In this document: positions 1 through 24,311 of the stretch, piece by piece
How positions within the stretch are numbered: position 1 is the first letter of the stretch
Layout of the letters: every line of letters starts with the position of its first letter
Assembly (NCBI GenBank): GCA_964035545.1
Contig: OZ037771.1
Location: 3,607,628-3,671,627 of the forward strand
Direction: 5' to 3'
Length of the DNA: 64,000 bases
Source of the DNA: Bugula neritina
Taxonomy: Eukaryota > Animalia > Bryozoa
Translations under genes and position numbers: made by a program
The notes under the pieces: generated by a model
Databases searched by the model: none
Told to the model about the DNA's origin: nothing
What the model saw: only the letters and a program-made list of their open reading frames with translations

Positions 1-263
1 AAAATATTTGGCAGCACACAATAATGACTTGCTATAATATATATTATAATATTTATAATATATATTATAGCCAACAAGAGTACCTATCAGTACTAAGTGC
101 ATGTTGTAGGAGAGGATAACTCTTCGGTACATCACTTGTGACTGAGTGCAATGTTAATACATAATACAAGGCACCTAAATTACACAGTTAGTTTATGACT
201 GGTTTAAACAAACAGTTTGTTCACACTTGATTACTTTTATCTTAAAAAACTAACTGCTTACAG

Positions 264-2152
264 GTTGTGCCTAGTATCTCCATACCTTCAACCTCTGAAG
301 CTCACCAAAGCTGTTACGAAACTGACTACAGATCTTTCACAAACACTTCAACACATGCAGTGGTCAGTTTAACAGGGAGAAACAACTTTTACGACCAAGC
401 ACTCGAAAATTCAAATGTAGAACGGAAGGAGTTATCTTGCCACAACACAGCTAAATCATTAAAGGTAGATTCCAGAAAAGAAATGTATAACAACTCATGT
501 GGGTGTATATAGCTGCCATCTCTAGTAGAAAAAGTCTTTTGTAAGCGAACTGAGGACTTGTTTTCTATTGGGACAAAAATACCCTTTCTAACATCATCAA
601 TGGCTCTTACTGGGATTCGAACCACTAGCCTTGTGTTTACCAAGTACTCTAACTACTAGACCATTGCTTTACCCAGAAATGGAATTTAACTAAAAATCAA
701 AGTGTAAAATCATAGCTGCAGTTTATAAAAAGAAAAGTTAAGTAGTTTTACTACACAGCAATTATTTTTAATGCCATATTCAAAAATCATTTTCAAAGAT
801 GCTCTACAATAATAAAAGTAACACAAGATGTAAGCATAAGTGCTTAGCCAATTTTGCATAGTTTGTGAAAATGTTTGCCCAGGAGTCTGTTTCAACATGG
901 CGGATGCAGTGTATGGAGTGCAATAGAAGGTTCAATTCTCACACAACTCTACAGAATCACATAGATGCAGCTCACAAGGGAATTAGACCTTTCCAGTGTA
1001 AAATCTGTGACAAAACATTTGCCCAAAGTGCCACTTTGCGGACGCACATGAGGTACAACTCCTAAACACTGTAATATTTATTTACAATTTTATGATCTAT
1101 CATACGTGCCTAAATGTATGCGTATAGATATTATTTTCCTGTCATAAAATCTCAAGTTCTGTAAGTGGGTCATTTTACTTAATTTAGTACACACTGGATA
1201 TCTTCAGTTTTTGGCTATTTTTCACAATTTAGCTGGTAATGAACATGGTTTTTTGGCAAAAACTAGTAAAACATCAATAAATACACCTAAATAATCAAAG
1301 TTATTTTTAATTTTGCTTCATTTTTCATGTTTTTCCCTAATTATTCAGCTAGTTTTGGTTATGGACCGTTACTGTTTTTTTGTAACGTCTGTACATATAG
1401 AATATTAAGTGCATATGACAATGACCTGTGCTTTAATGTTGGAGAATCCCCTCCCAGCCTTTTCTGTTATGCGTAGTTGAGACCAGCACATAAAAATACC
1501 ATGTATAATAAATTTCAATTGCTTTTGAGCAAACTTTAATGTTAGGTCATAAGTTGCTGGTGTGTACTAAATGAAGTAAACTGGCTCAAGTATTTTTCAA
1601 TCCGTGAAACTTATTTACAGAAAAAAAAGTAGTTATATATATTTTTTAATAGATGAAGTTTTGTTGAATTTTATCTTTTTTTATATCAAAGCAGGCTTTA
1701 CTGTTCTATCATTTATTTTTTATTATATGTACTCATTATATTATATTTTTCTACATAAAATATACTTTCTTTGCACTACATTTGTAATAATTTCCAAGGT
1801 AGTCTTGGAGTGTTTAGCAAAATATATTTGGCATTTTTCCCTGTTAATAATTTATTTTCTTAATTATAATTGTAGGGTACACACAGGCGAAAAGCCGTAT
1901 AAATGCCAAATATGTCAGCGTCAATTTGCCGACTTATCAACTTGCAAAAAGCATCAGAGAGTACACGATGGACAGAAACCCTACGAGTGTAACATCTGTA
2001 AGAAAAGATTTAGTCAGTCGGGGAATATGATTCGCCATCGAGAGAGTCATGGTAGGAAAGAAAGTAGAATAAACATCACGACTATAACTACTTCTGTATC
2101 TCGAGCACAGGGAAACAGAGAGACTGGGATGGTTATGAATACTAATCACTAA
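264..2152 (+). CDS. C2H2 (Kruppel-type) zinc-finger protein, 3' part; four tandem fingers
   Basis: Exon ~862/883-1052 encodes CMECNRRFNSHTTLQNHIDAAH-KGIRPF-CKICDKTFAQSATLRTHMR. It splices in phase 2 to exon 1875-2152: VHTGEKPY-CQICQRQFADLSTCKKHQRVH-DGQKPY-CNICKKRFSQSGNMIRHRESH...stop. A probable upstream exon at ~264-464 is less certain, and the start codon probably lies upstream of the window. Confidence 0.85.
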
Positions 2153-3953
2153 AGTCTTTCAGTCTCACCCATTCTTATTGTAATTACTTTGTAACAAGAG
2201 TTCAACTGTTGGGTCATCTTGAATTTAAACTTCAATTTTGTTAAGTGTCAAGTATACTGCAATCACATGCACGAACTTTTGAGGTTTTGATTTTTTGTCA
2301 GCTGCAGATCCTTTATTGACCAATAATGATGCACTTTAACAATTATTTTATTTTAACTATGCAACTATTTGACATGATTTCATATATTGTTTGAAATAAG
2401 CAACACACAATATTGTGATACCTCTATTTTTTAAACAACCCAAATCGACTGATGAAACTAGACTTGCTAAAATTTAAACTTATCAGATTGCAACTAATTT
2501 CTTGTTTCTAATAAGATCCATCTTTGACCTTGCAAGGTGAATGCATCATGGCTCGATTGGCCTGCAAATTTTGGTTATTAGCTGAGTGACTAATCATGCA
2601 CTTGGACTATGGATGTTTGGCCCTCAGCATTACAAAACATTTGATTTTTTTAATATTCTGCAGCATAGGTTGAGCACAATTTTTATTAGGTCATGGCCAG
2701 ATACAAATTTAAAAATAGAATAATTATATTGCAAAAATTTTCTTTTACTCACACATTTAAGTGTAGCACATGTCAGACAAACAATAAAATATGTCAACGT
2801 GGTTTACCAATGTAAATATTATTAGTTGGTTTAATAATTCACCAACAGCTTTTTAGCACCATAACAATAAAAAAATAAAAGTATACAATAGAAAATAAAA
2901 ATTATAATTAATTATATCCAATTTATAATAAAACTTCATATTTACAATAGCTTACTTCAGAGAGAAATTATGGTGTGAATTTAGACAAGAATATAAACAT
3001 GAGTCACAATAAAATTACTACATTTAGGCCAACCTGTACTATTACTTTCCTACCATTTACTACAGTATTATATAAAAAATTCAAAAGTTACTTGCAGCTA
3101 CTTTGCAATAACATTCCAGCAATCTTCAATTTTTCACAACCACAAAATATAGTAGCTTCAAGGAGTGTGTGTATTTTTATTTTTTTTAAAAACATTTTAT
3201 AGAGCAACAGTGTAGCCCTTCTAAATAACCCTAAGTAATTTCTTCTACTTGAAAAAATCAGTCATTGCATGAACTAGTTAAATTTTCTTACACAAAACAC
3301 AAGATGCTGAAGAGACTAGTTTAGCTTAAATTTTAGTGCAATGGTTGAAATTTGTCTACTTTATATCAGCTTCTATTATAAAAATCTTTCAATTATAAGG
3401 GTAATTAATGCTACTATAGTACAAGAAGCCATTTAGGTTTTATTTAATTTAAGAGCAAGTTTGTAATGCCTACATAATGGTGATTGCTAGGTTGGTTAGA
3501 ACAAATTGAAGCAGTTGTTTACTACACAATACAATCGGAAAATCCAAGTATATTGCCTTTTATTAGCTGTGGAGGAAAGCAGTTGGTATAATGAGTTAAA
3601 TTTTTCTCAGCAAAAGTTTCCTTTTTTAAAATCAGTTTATTATCTTTACATTCCCCTGTAAACAGAGAGCAGTATTTGCAACAAAAATTTTCACTTATCT
3701 AAAGTTATGAAAAACTGTACACTATTAGATATAATCTAGTGTTTGACAGTTTTGACTGAACGTTCTTTGCGATATCATTATTAAACCCTGTAAACATCTT
3801 ACTCTAGGACAAGATGTCTGCTAAATCACGTGATGCCTACTGAAGAATATATACTTGATAGCAGTCTTAGTAGTTCAATAGCTATTACTACCTTAAGAGC
3901 TATTCACTTAACACTCCTTATATCCAAGTAAAATATTAGTAGAATCCATGAGG

Positions 3954-14433
<10,480 letters not shown>

Positions 14434-14894
14434 TTCCTCAGTCTCAGTTCTAAACCCACATGTTTGCCACAACTAGCTCTTATACCTGCATGTACAATAG
14501 AATAGTAATTTAAACTACCTGCTGTTTTAAAAAGGGAATTCATAATACTGATATGAGAGCAATAGCTTCAAGTTTAGCAAGTTACTTACTTTCAAAACTG
14601 TTGACAATGTCTGGCAATTCATCAACTCACACCAGCTCAGTCCACTCTAAATAATATGAACTTTAAATGATAATTTTCCTTGAAGGGTGAAACACAAATA
14701 GACATGAAAAGTAATTTAACAATTGAAAGCCACTTCAGAAGCATTTAGTTTAGTTTTTCATTAAACATTCCAACTTCTTGGCTAGCTGAACTTTTATTAT
14801 TATCAAAATAAAAGATAAAACTGTAAACATTTACTACCCAACTTGCTTTCGGTGCAATTCTTTGTTCCTAAAAATAGAAATATGATAATGCAGA

Positions 14895-15112
14895 CATTAT
14901 AAAACTCATGTAAGTTTCTAATCGCCACCCCTGTGAGGAACCCCTGATGAAAGGGGTTTTTTAAGCAGGCTAAGGACATATTCATTTATGTTGCACAGGA
15001 GTAATTATTACTGGATGCTCTTAATTCTTAACATCTCCAATGGCCTATACTGGGGTTTGAACCCACGACTTTGTGTTTACTAGGCAAATGCTCTAACCCC
15101 TAAACTGCGGAG
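14895..15112 (-). mobile_element. tRNA-derived SINE
   Basis: Reverse strand: gcagtttaggggttagagcatttgcctagtaaacacaaagtcgtgggttcaaacccc...cattggagatgtt...gagcatccag...aaaacccctttcatcaggggttcctcacagggg; collinear with 12790-12985. Confidence 0.78.
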
Positions 15113-16943
15113 CTTACAAGTTATATATGTGTATAGTAAAGCGTTAGTGAACAAACTAGATTTTTGAAAGTATGTAGTATTTAACTTATGCCTATTGAGT
15201 AAGCCACTTCTCCACTTTAGAGCTCATTGACTATGTTTTATAAATAAGAAACAACACTGAGTAATTCCAAATTTTATTAAAATAAGTAAATCCTTACCTG
15301 GGTACAGCGCTAACCTAGCACTTGCATTTCAATCGTTTACAGCAGCACTGTAATAATATGGCAACGTTTACTTATAATGTATTATATAGTTTACTGCATC
15401 AAAATAAACCAATAATATAGCAACAGTAGCTAGTTTTGCCAATAAAGTCCGGTTCAATGAAATTAAATATCGTAACATACAATTATATAGAAGTTATGAG
15501 CTTTATTAAGTATATAATTGAATTATATTATTATATTTAAGTACATTATAGTTAATAAATCCATTGCAGCAGTGCAATTAGGCTTTAGAATCAAGAAATT
15601 GTAAGAGCATATACACTATAAACAAAACAAGCATATTATACCATTTTCATACAAAATTGTTTTTCTCATGTTATCCAGGTAAAATCAAATAATAGTTATA
15701 AAGCAAACTCATGCCATTAAATAGTAGCAAGTAAGTTTGACATTACATTCCTTTGCCCATTGTGTATTATAATTCTAATTATTATGCAACTTATAAAGCT
15801 AATGTTTCAAGCAGTGTGGGGTTAATTTTGGCTGTACAATAGATATAATAAAACACTAAAAACACCCAATATGTGAGCAACATATTGCAGGCTATAGTTA
15901 AATTAATTTAGAAGCTATTATTCAACTGCAACTGTTATCATGAGACTTTAGTTAGTTATAACCACAACACAGGAAACAAATCTAGCTGCCCTATTTTTAA
16001 ATTAAACATTTCCTCTATAGAATATATTTTGGCGTGAGAGTTTTAATAGAGAAAACAATTTTTTCAACATCTGCAGCTTTTTGAATGCATTAATTTTTTC
16101 CTGTTGAAACACTCCTTAATATGCGCGGCACTTCACACACTACTTGTCAATTATCAAGTATGTACAGGAATAGGGCTGTAGCTGTGTATTGGCTACTAAG
16201 ATAACTTTGTAATCAGCTTTAAGTAAGAGCTCATATGTCAGATGGGAAGGTAAATCAATTTCAACTCCGGTACTATAATGCCTCGCATGATGTAGAATTA
16301 ATGTAATATATCTGCTGATTCCATTAGCTGAAAAGTCAAACTCATTGCTTGTAATGTTACCCTAAATTTAAGGAAAGTGAAATAATATCGGAGTTCTCTT
16401 CTCTTGAGTAACAATTAGAGGAAATGATGGCAATGAGGCTAAAAAGTGAAAATAAGGCTAAAAATAAGATTTGTTGATGACAAATTTAATAAAACGTCAT
16501 AATTCACAGTATTTAGATGTAGTAAAAACTGAAATTCAAAATTTACATATACATTAAAACAATAGCCAATTACATTCAGAAGAGCATATGTTGTCATAGC
16601 AACAACTTCAAACATTTTATTTTTACTATTAGGCTGTTGCTCCGAAAATTTCTCTTGCTGTAGACTATAGCGGCTGCATTTATATTGTTTAATGCAGTTT
16701 ATATTTTTATAATTATCAGTTACCCTCATAAATATTAGCATGGTGGACATTGTAGTACACTGTACGATAAAAATCAATAATAATAGCTATAACCTAATTT
16801 AACAGCAGAAATTACTGCAGTTTATTTGGTATTAGTTATTATAAACTCTATCAAATTAACTGTTTTGCCAAAATAAATTTGAATGGAGCAGGTGAAGTAT
16901 GTAGTGCATTAGAGTGTAGTGAGCATTTACATGGTTTTAATGC

Positions 16944-17258
16944 AACACACACATCAACACACACACACACCAACACACACACCAACTCACACACACCAAC
17001 ACACACATCAGCACACACCAACACACACATCAACACACACACACCAACACACACACCAACTCACACACACCAACACACACCAACACACACACCAACACGC
17101 ACACCAACACACACACCAACACGCACACCAACACACACACCAACACACACACCAACACACCCACTAACACCCACACCAACACACACACCAACACTCACAC
17201 CAACACACACCAACACGCACACCAACACTCACACCAACACTCACACCAACACACACAT
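16944..17258. repeat. CA-rich compound micro/minisatellite, approximately (acaccaacacac)n
   Basis: Directly visible; it explains the THTPT/HQHT ORFs. Confidence 0.93.
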
Positions 17259-17394
17259 TCAAGTTCATGTAATATTTCTGTCAAAGAACTGGGATATAGC
17301 GTCTAATGTAGACAATGAGAGTACAACTCCCAACACTCTGTCAAAGTCTTTATCTTCTATGCAAACTGAGGATTGTGCTTTTCACTATGCTGAA

Positions 17395-17520
17395 AACATG
17401 GTTTGGGGTCTTCTGATTGTACCACATTATGATTGAATGTCCCTCCTGACATCCCAAATTGCCCTTCTATAGGACTAGAACCCATGTTCTACCACAATCA
17501 ATCAAAAGTCTAGACTGTAA
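17395..17520 (-). mobile_element. Old SINE fragment
   Basis: Reverse strand gggttctagtcc...gggatgtcaggagggacattcaatcataat: a B-box-like sequence plus the same core motif. Confidence 0.4.
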
Positions 17521-20500
17521 TACTAAAATTCTTAGTATTGACAACTACTGTTATACATAAAAAATAGTTTATGTCTTGCATATGTGGCTACAGGTATATC
17601 AAGGGCTATTTTTAACACTGACTTTTCAAAGAAAAATCAGATGTTTTACTGTTTACTAATAAAAAGAGAAACTCAGCCTGAAGTTATAGAAAAGCACATT
17701 TATCTCCTAGCAACTACTGAATATATAAAACTTCCATCAACTATAAATATTTTGAATGATATGTAGTCAATAAACAAATCCAGTGTTGCTACCAGCAAAG
17801 CAGATGTTGAACTTTAGCAGCTAGTTGGTAAATCAAATATGTCTACCACATCTTACATATATATAACCTCTCATAAAAGCATTCAATTCCCTTGCTTTTT
17901 ATTTTGAATATTTTCAGTAAAATAAAAAAATTCTTGTTATTATAACAATAATGTACCGATGCTAAATAGTTTTATAAAAAATACAGAAAATTACAGGCTT
18001 TTTGCCTTTTATATTTTAAAACCTACAACTTCTGTTCAAAATATCAACTTTGAAATAAAAATGCAAACAAAATATGTACATAATATTATGTTATCTTATA
18101 TATTTTGCATTATATTGAAACTTAGCTCAATCATTTATAAATTGTATTAATATTGTTACAGTATGCTTTTATTATTTTAGTTTGACGCCCATTATTCTTT
18201 ATACTTTATATTATATACATTACAAATGAAGAATTTGTTACACTGTAAAACATACCTGCAACCATTTAAGCTTCTTTCTTATGCTTCTACAACACTAAAT
18301 GTCTCCAATTTTATGTGCAGTGAGCTGTATATAATTAATCTAGCAAAACCAAGTTTGTTATTATTGGGTTGTTAATAGTAACAGAATAAGATACCATAAT
18401 TAATCTCTTCGTTATCTGTACAGTTATAATGCAAAAAGCGTTGTGTTTTATGTTGTGAAAATCAATTTTTCATTACTATGTCATTATAAAGTTGAAAGTG
18501 GCTTGTGACTTCTGATAAAATAAGATTCTCATTAAGATGAAAGCTAATATCTATGGCTTCAACTGAGCCAAACTAAAGCTTCACTTTGTAAAGTGTAAAA
18601 CGTGTAATATTTGAAAGCAGACTTGTATTAATATATCATAATAAATAGCATGCATGTCCAACAATCTATATAATTGCAGTAGAAGCTAATGAAAAGCTTG
18701 CTAATTAATTCAGATACAGAATTATGTAGGAACTTAGTATAAGAGGTTGGTGCAAACCATCCCTGGTCAACTGGGAATAAATATGGGAATATGTTACGTT
18801 GCAGATTAACAATGGAAACCTGACAATTTTGAAGACCTTCTCAATAGAATTAGCGCGTTCATGCCGTAATTTAAATTACTATATGGTTTTGGAGAAGTTA
18901 TAGATTTTCTGGAGTAAGTGTGCAGCGTCATAGCATGCTTTGTGTCTCATATATTATGTATAATTGTCAACAAAACATAAACAATGATTCATAATGAAAT
19001 AATGCAAAGATATAGCGTGACCTGCAGCTTGCCTGCATAAAATATTTGCTTTTTGAAATTACTCAATTGTAAAAGCTGTGTTAATTCATTGATGATTTCT
19101 ACTGAAAATTATCATTTTAAAATTGCATGCCAAACATTAGCATTATCATATTTATGTCTAAACTGCATTTTTTTTTCCCTTTTTTAGAAAGGGGTTTTAT
19201 AGTTAATTAAAAATGATTTTGAAAATGTTTGTAATGGTTTAAGTTATCTTCATAGCAGTCAATAGTGACAGGGGAATGAGTTAATTACTCAAATACATTT
19301 AACTATATTATATTTGTTGCCATATAACCAGTGTTATAAAAAGTTAAACCGGGCAAATTTTATGATTAGTATACAATACTCAATATGCTATACACATATT
19401 CTAAAAATATGCTTATATAATATAATTTAAATAGCTACTCAGTGAAGGTACCATATAGGCTACAAGCACATGAGTCTTTACCTCTACAATTTATCATTTT
19501 GAACTAAAAAACGGCATAATGGCTATTCTAATTTAATTTATTCTGTTTATATGTTTCATATGAGAGGAATAAGATCTTGTATATACAAAATCTCACAATG
19601 AAGCATTGTGTATGTGTACACTGCATGAATGCTTTCTCCACATATAAATGAATTTATCTTTCAGCATTGTGTATTCTGTAACATGCTGCATATACATACT
19701 ACGATGTAATTATGCTGTACTGCATCGAGTTAAATTGTGCTATCAATTAGTACTACAATTAAATATAATATCATAATGTATATTTGTTTTTTGTTAATAC
19801 TATGATTCTTTTTAAAATACATTACTGCTATTAAAGATTATGTTACACCGTAGCATGTGTTACAATGCTATGTTACTGTGTTATATTATACCATGTAAAA
19901 ATCAGTACACTGGAACTGTATTTGTAATATTTGTATACCCTAATGGCTGTGTTGTCAGCTCTCCTGAGCTGCCAGCGTGTGTATGGCAGCATAGTTGCTA
20001 GACAAGTGTCTAACCTCTACTCAGTTACTCAATACAGGTTTAAGCATCACTATTCTGCTTGCATTATATTTGCTGTTTTGAATAGAATTTGTGTTTACAA
20101 GCAATTTGAAGCGTGCCAGCATGACTTTGTGCATCTATTGCCATTTCAACTGCCAGTTTGTAGTCATTGAAGCAGCGATAGAGAATTATAGTTCAATTTA
20201 CCAAAACTTGATAAATAATTCAACTTTTTCTACATCCACCTGAGACCATGATTCAATAGTTGTGATGCAGACATGACTATATGGGCTTGAGTTGGTAATC
20301 TCAGAGTTAATGAATAAAATATTAACTCCCCACAAGCGCACCAAAAACATGCTGTAAAAAGCTTGTTGCCCGTGCCAACACATTGTTGACTAGAAAACTG
20401 ATAAATTAAATTTTATGCTGGTAGTCTGCACTAGACAGTAACGGAGTGAGACGGTTGTGTGGCATTCACTGGAGAGAAGAGAGGGACTGAAGTTGTGGCT

Positions 20501-21432
20501 AATGTATGTTGGGTTTCTTTGACAAAGAGCGTTGATCGACATGTTCGTTCGTTGTCATGAAATTCATCTTACAGCAGCTGAGTGAGTTTGGTACATTAAG
20601 CCGTAGGTTGATGAATGAACAGGTACATGTATTATAAAATTAGACTGAGTTTCAGGTTATTGGTATTAGAAAGTTACTAGGTAGTTTACAGAGTATATTA
20701 TCCTTCATTGTGGTCATAACACGTATGTAAGGCTATATGAACTACTTAGGATAATTTAAAAAGGTTATATTTATGCACTGTTTATACAGGCTATTGTATA
20801 TAGTTGAAATTTCTAAAACAAAAATTGTAAGACTTTAGTAAACAATGAGTAATCACTGCCACGTATTTCCTTTGACATCATCAATTAGCTGTTTGAAAAT
20901 CAAATTTATAGTTTTGCTTGTTGAGTGGCTCAGTTTACAGTTCAGAGCTTCATGTATTTATCAAATATCAAATGCTCTTTGCGAAACATGACATTTAATT
21001 GAATTTATGAAATAAATATTTACATAATGTGTATTGGAACATGATACACTGTACTTAAGAGCAGTAGTGAAGAAATACTTGAGATAGCCTAAGTCTTTTT
21101 TAAGTAAATTTTGGTTTGGGTCGAGGGTTGAAATTCTTGCAAAAACATAACTTCTATTGCTACATTTTAAATCTAGAACACAGGCTTTTTTCAATTTTTC
21201 TGTTACTGCACCGACCTCATACATTTGTGCTAATTTTATTATAATTATCAATTGGACAATCAACGATGCATTGTAATAATATTTTATTATATCTCCAAAC
21301 AAACCAGTCATACATCATGAGTATGGTCACTTCTCATCATGCGTTACACTACTCAACCAATAGCTGCATGCATAGGCTACTTATATTATAGGCTTTTTAT
21401 ATACTAGTCTACTACATAGAGAAATTCATCTT

Positions 21433-22175
21433 TTATAGGAAATTAGGAAACTTTCTCAGACTACTGCTCAGTGCTTTATGTCTATTAAAGTCTAGCAGAT
21501 GTTGCTCTCGGCTGACGTCTGACGTAGGTTTCACCTGCATTATATACAACAACTTTGAAATTAACCGTATTGCACCCTGTAGTAGTTAGTTTTAAATAAT
21601 ATAATATATATTAACACATTTTAGATCCAGTTAGTTGATAATAATTTTATTTATAGTATGTTTGCTTTATTCACTCCTAAAATTCTTTCTAGCATTTGGC
21701 AGTTTTGACGCTCCCTGTTGACTTTAGCAGTCTTTCTGAGATAAGCTCTTTTCAAAGTGCCATTATTGACTAAATAGGCATCATTCCAACAATCCACATT
21801 CCGCTGCCGATGATCACCTAAAACTATTTGAGTTATCTTCTCGACTAACTTATTGTTTTCATTGTTAATTTTTTTCAGTTCAACATCTTTTTCTCTCAGT
21901 CTTTTCAAATTAAAATAGTCTTCAGAGTTAATTATGGGAGGCCTGCTGTCTACCTGAGGCTTGGCGTTTACAATTTTCTCTACATGCTTGCGTAATTTCG
22001 ACTCCTCCCAGAAGTATTTTGAATACAGCTGACTCTGGCAAGATCTTAGCACTGGACCACACTGCAACCCTAGCAGAAACGATTTGGTTGACTCTGATGA
22101 ATCTGCTACAGAGTTGGTGGTATTAGTTGTTGCATTGTTTATTGTAACTTTACCCAATGAAGTTTTTCTGTACAT
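21433..22175 (-). CDS. CFAP97-domain (KIAA1430/hemingway family) protein, CFAP97D1/D2-like, ~200 aa
   Basis: Exon 1 (22175-21675) contains W...KHVEKIVNAKPQVDSRPP...KINNENNKLVEKITQI...VDCWND...RQNCQMLERILG. It splices in phase 0 to exon 2 (21534-21433), VKPTSDVSREQHLLDFNRHKALSSSLRKFPNFL*, which resembles the family's C-terminal pattern. Confidence 0.82.
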
Positions 22176-24311
22176 TGCAAAGGAGCTACGACATAACTTT
22201 CTAGTTTATAGCATACGACGATTATACATTTTTATAGCGGTTGGCCTAACGTAAAAATAAGCTATTTCATTAGCTAATTAAGGCAATGGCTTCACATTAC
22301 AAACATTTTTGTAGTTTAATTCTATGCAATCTCTTTTCTTAATTATAAAAGTATGCAAATAGTAATTATATGCAAAAGAACTTTTATATACATAAACTAT
22401 TATAAAGTGTATATATAACAGTGAAAAGAAGCAATAAATATATTTTTTAAAAATATGAAACTCATTGCTACATTTTATTTCAGAACATCACAAAAAATAT
22501 TTCACTTTATTCTTTCAGTTTAGTAATATGTTATAATTATAAGTGTTGAGTTGGAGACTGATGCCATCTTGTGTATGTTATATATTAGGATAAAATTGGT
22601 AGAGTTGTAGTTGACAAAACTGCTATATTTTACGTATGTAGAAGAAGAGAAAGGACGAGAAAAAGTATGGTGGGTAATATAACAAAGTATTCGTACAGAG
22701 AGAAGACAATTAATAATATGGTTATTTGCTAGTTATAAATGTTCATTGTCACAACAGCATAAGATTGTATTCTATCAACAATAAGCATATTACTTAGCTT
22801 TGGATATACTTTACTAAATACTAAGTAAAAGTTAATGGCTAGTAAATAATTTGCAGATATTTAACCTGTTTGTCTATTAACTTAAAAATGCAAACAATTA
22901 CATTTCATATAAAACAAATTTGCCGCATTGCTGTGCTGCTATATTAGCTATACAAACGACTGCTTTTCTGTTGACCTAAGGCTAAGTTTACAAGTTGTCT
23001 GATCTGATAAAAAAAAACTTCCAACATTTCAAAGAGCTTCGTGCTGTTGATTATTGATTAATCAGCATTCAACAAAACCCAAGTGGGACTATATTTAATA
23101 GGGCCTACTTCGCTATAGAATACTCATATTATAGCCTACTTTGCTATAGCACACTCACACAGTCAAGCATAGCATATAATATACCAGTACTATACCAATA
23201 AATATAACAGTCATGAACCAAATGTTATACAGCATTTGTTTTAGGTTGGTAAATTAAATAGTATAGTCTCATATTGAAACATACTAGTGTGGTTTTTAAA
23301 TTCATAAAAAGTATGACCCAATACTTGATGCAACTTTAACGGCATTTTTATGTGTACTGTTATAGCATAAATAATTGATATGAGAGGATATTAAATAAGC
23401 TTTTCACTAAAATCCATAATATTATATCATAAGTTTTAATATTTCTATTTATATTGCTTTATACAGAGCTCTACATTATTTATTGTTACTTATAACTGAT
23501 TTGATACCTTTTCTCTTTATAGTACGATAGCCTAGAACACAATGTGATATAATATAACAATTTACAGTAAAATACAATAGGATATTATAACAAAATACTA
23601 TAAAATACAAGGCAAAATAATACAATACTATACTATGCAACAAAGTTGTATTTTGGTATAATTATAGCTATATAAGCTATCAATGAGAAAGCCATTAAAT
23701 GCTTTTGGCTACATTTATTGTAGCTATTTTTATGTATGTTATGTTTTGATTTGCTTTGTACCATTCAACTAGATTGCATGTCTAACACGCAATAATATAT
23801 ATTTGTCATAACGTTACAAATGAAGTCATACTTTGACAACCTGTTGTTTATTACAATACTAGCTGCAACAGTGTACCTATATAGCTCGTCACGTGTGATT
23901 TGATAAACAATAATAGCACCTATATTGTATCAATCAACTGCACAGCCATATAATTTGGTGTATTGTAGCCCAATTAAATACTCAAGGCTCATTGTTCATA
24001 ACTTTTTATAAAAAATCAACAGCCTTTGAAGTACTCTCTAATAATTATTATACTATTCTTTTCGTTATTGAGTTTTGACAATACAAATCTTATGGAAAGT
24101 GTGTTATTTTTCTATTACATAAAATTAGAACAAAGATGCAATGACTTGTTCACGTATATGCATGGTTTCACAAAACAGTATTTGAATAAGAAAGCATAGC
24201 CATACCAGTATTATTCAACTAAATTGAAAGGAAACTGGGGCCTAGCCTAGCTATGAAAAATTGTAAAAATAAGCTAAATCTGTAAGGTTTAGCCTAACTT
24301 TTATTGGAGAC

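Noticed and set aside
1604-1874. Hydrophobic N-terminal extension on the zinc-finger ORF, suggesting a membrane-tethered factor
   Set aside because: This is T-rich intron read-through; a phase-compatible acceptor (tgtag|) at 1874 joins the previous finger exon.
19930-20620. Slightly GC-richer block as an additional gene or transposase
   Set aside because: I could not support any recognisable motif or consistent exon chain by eye.
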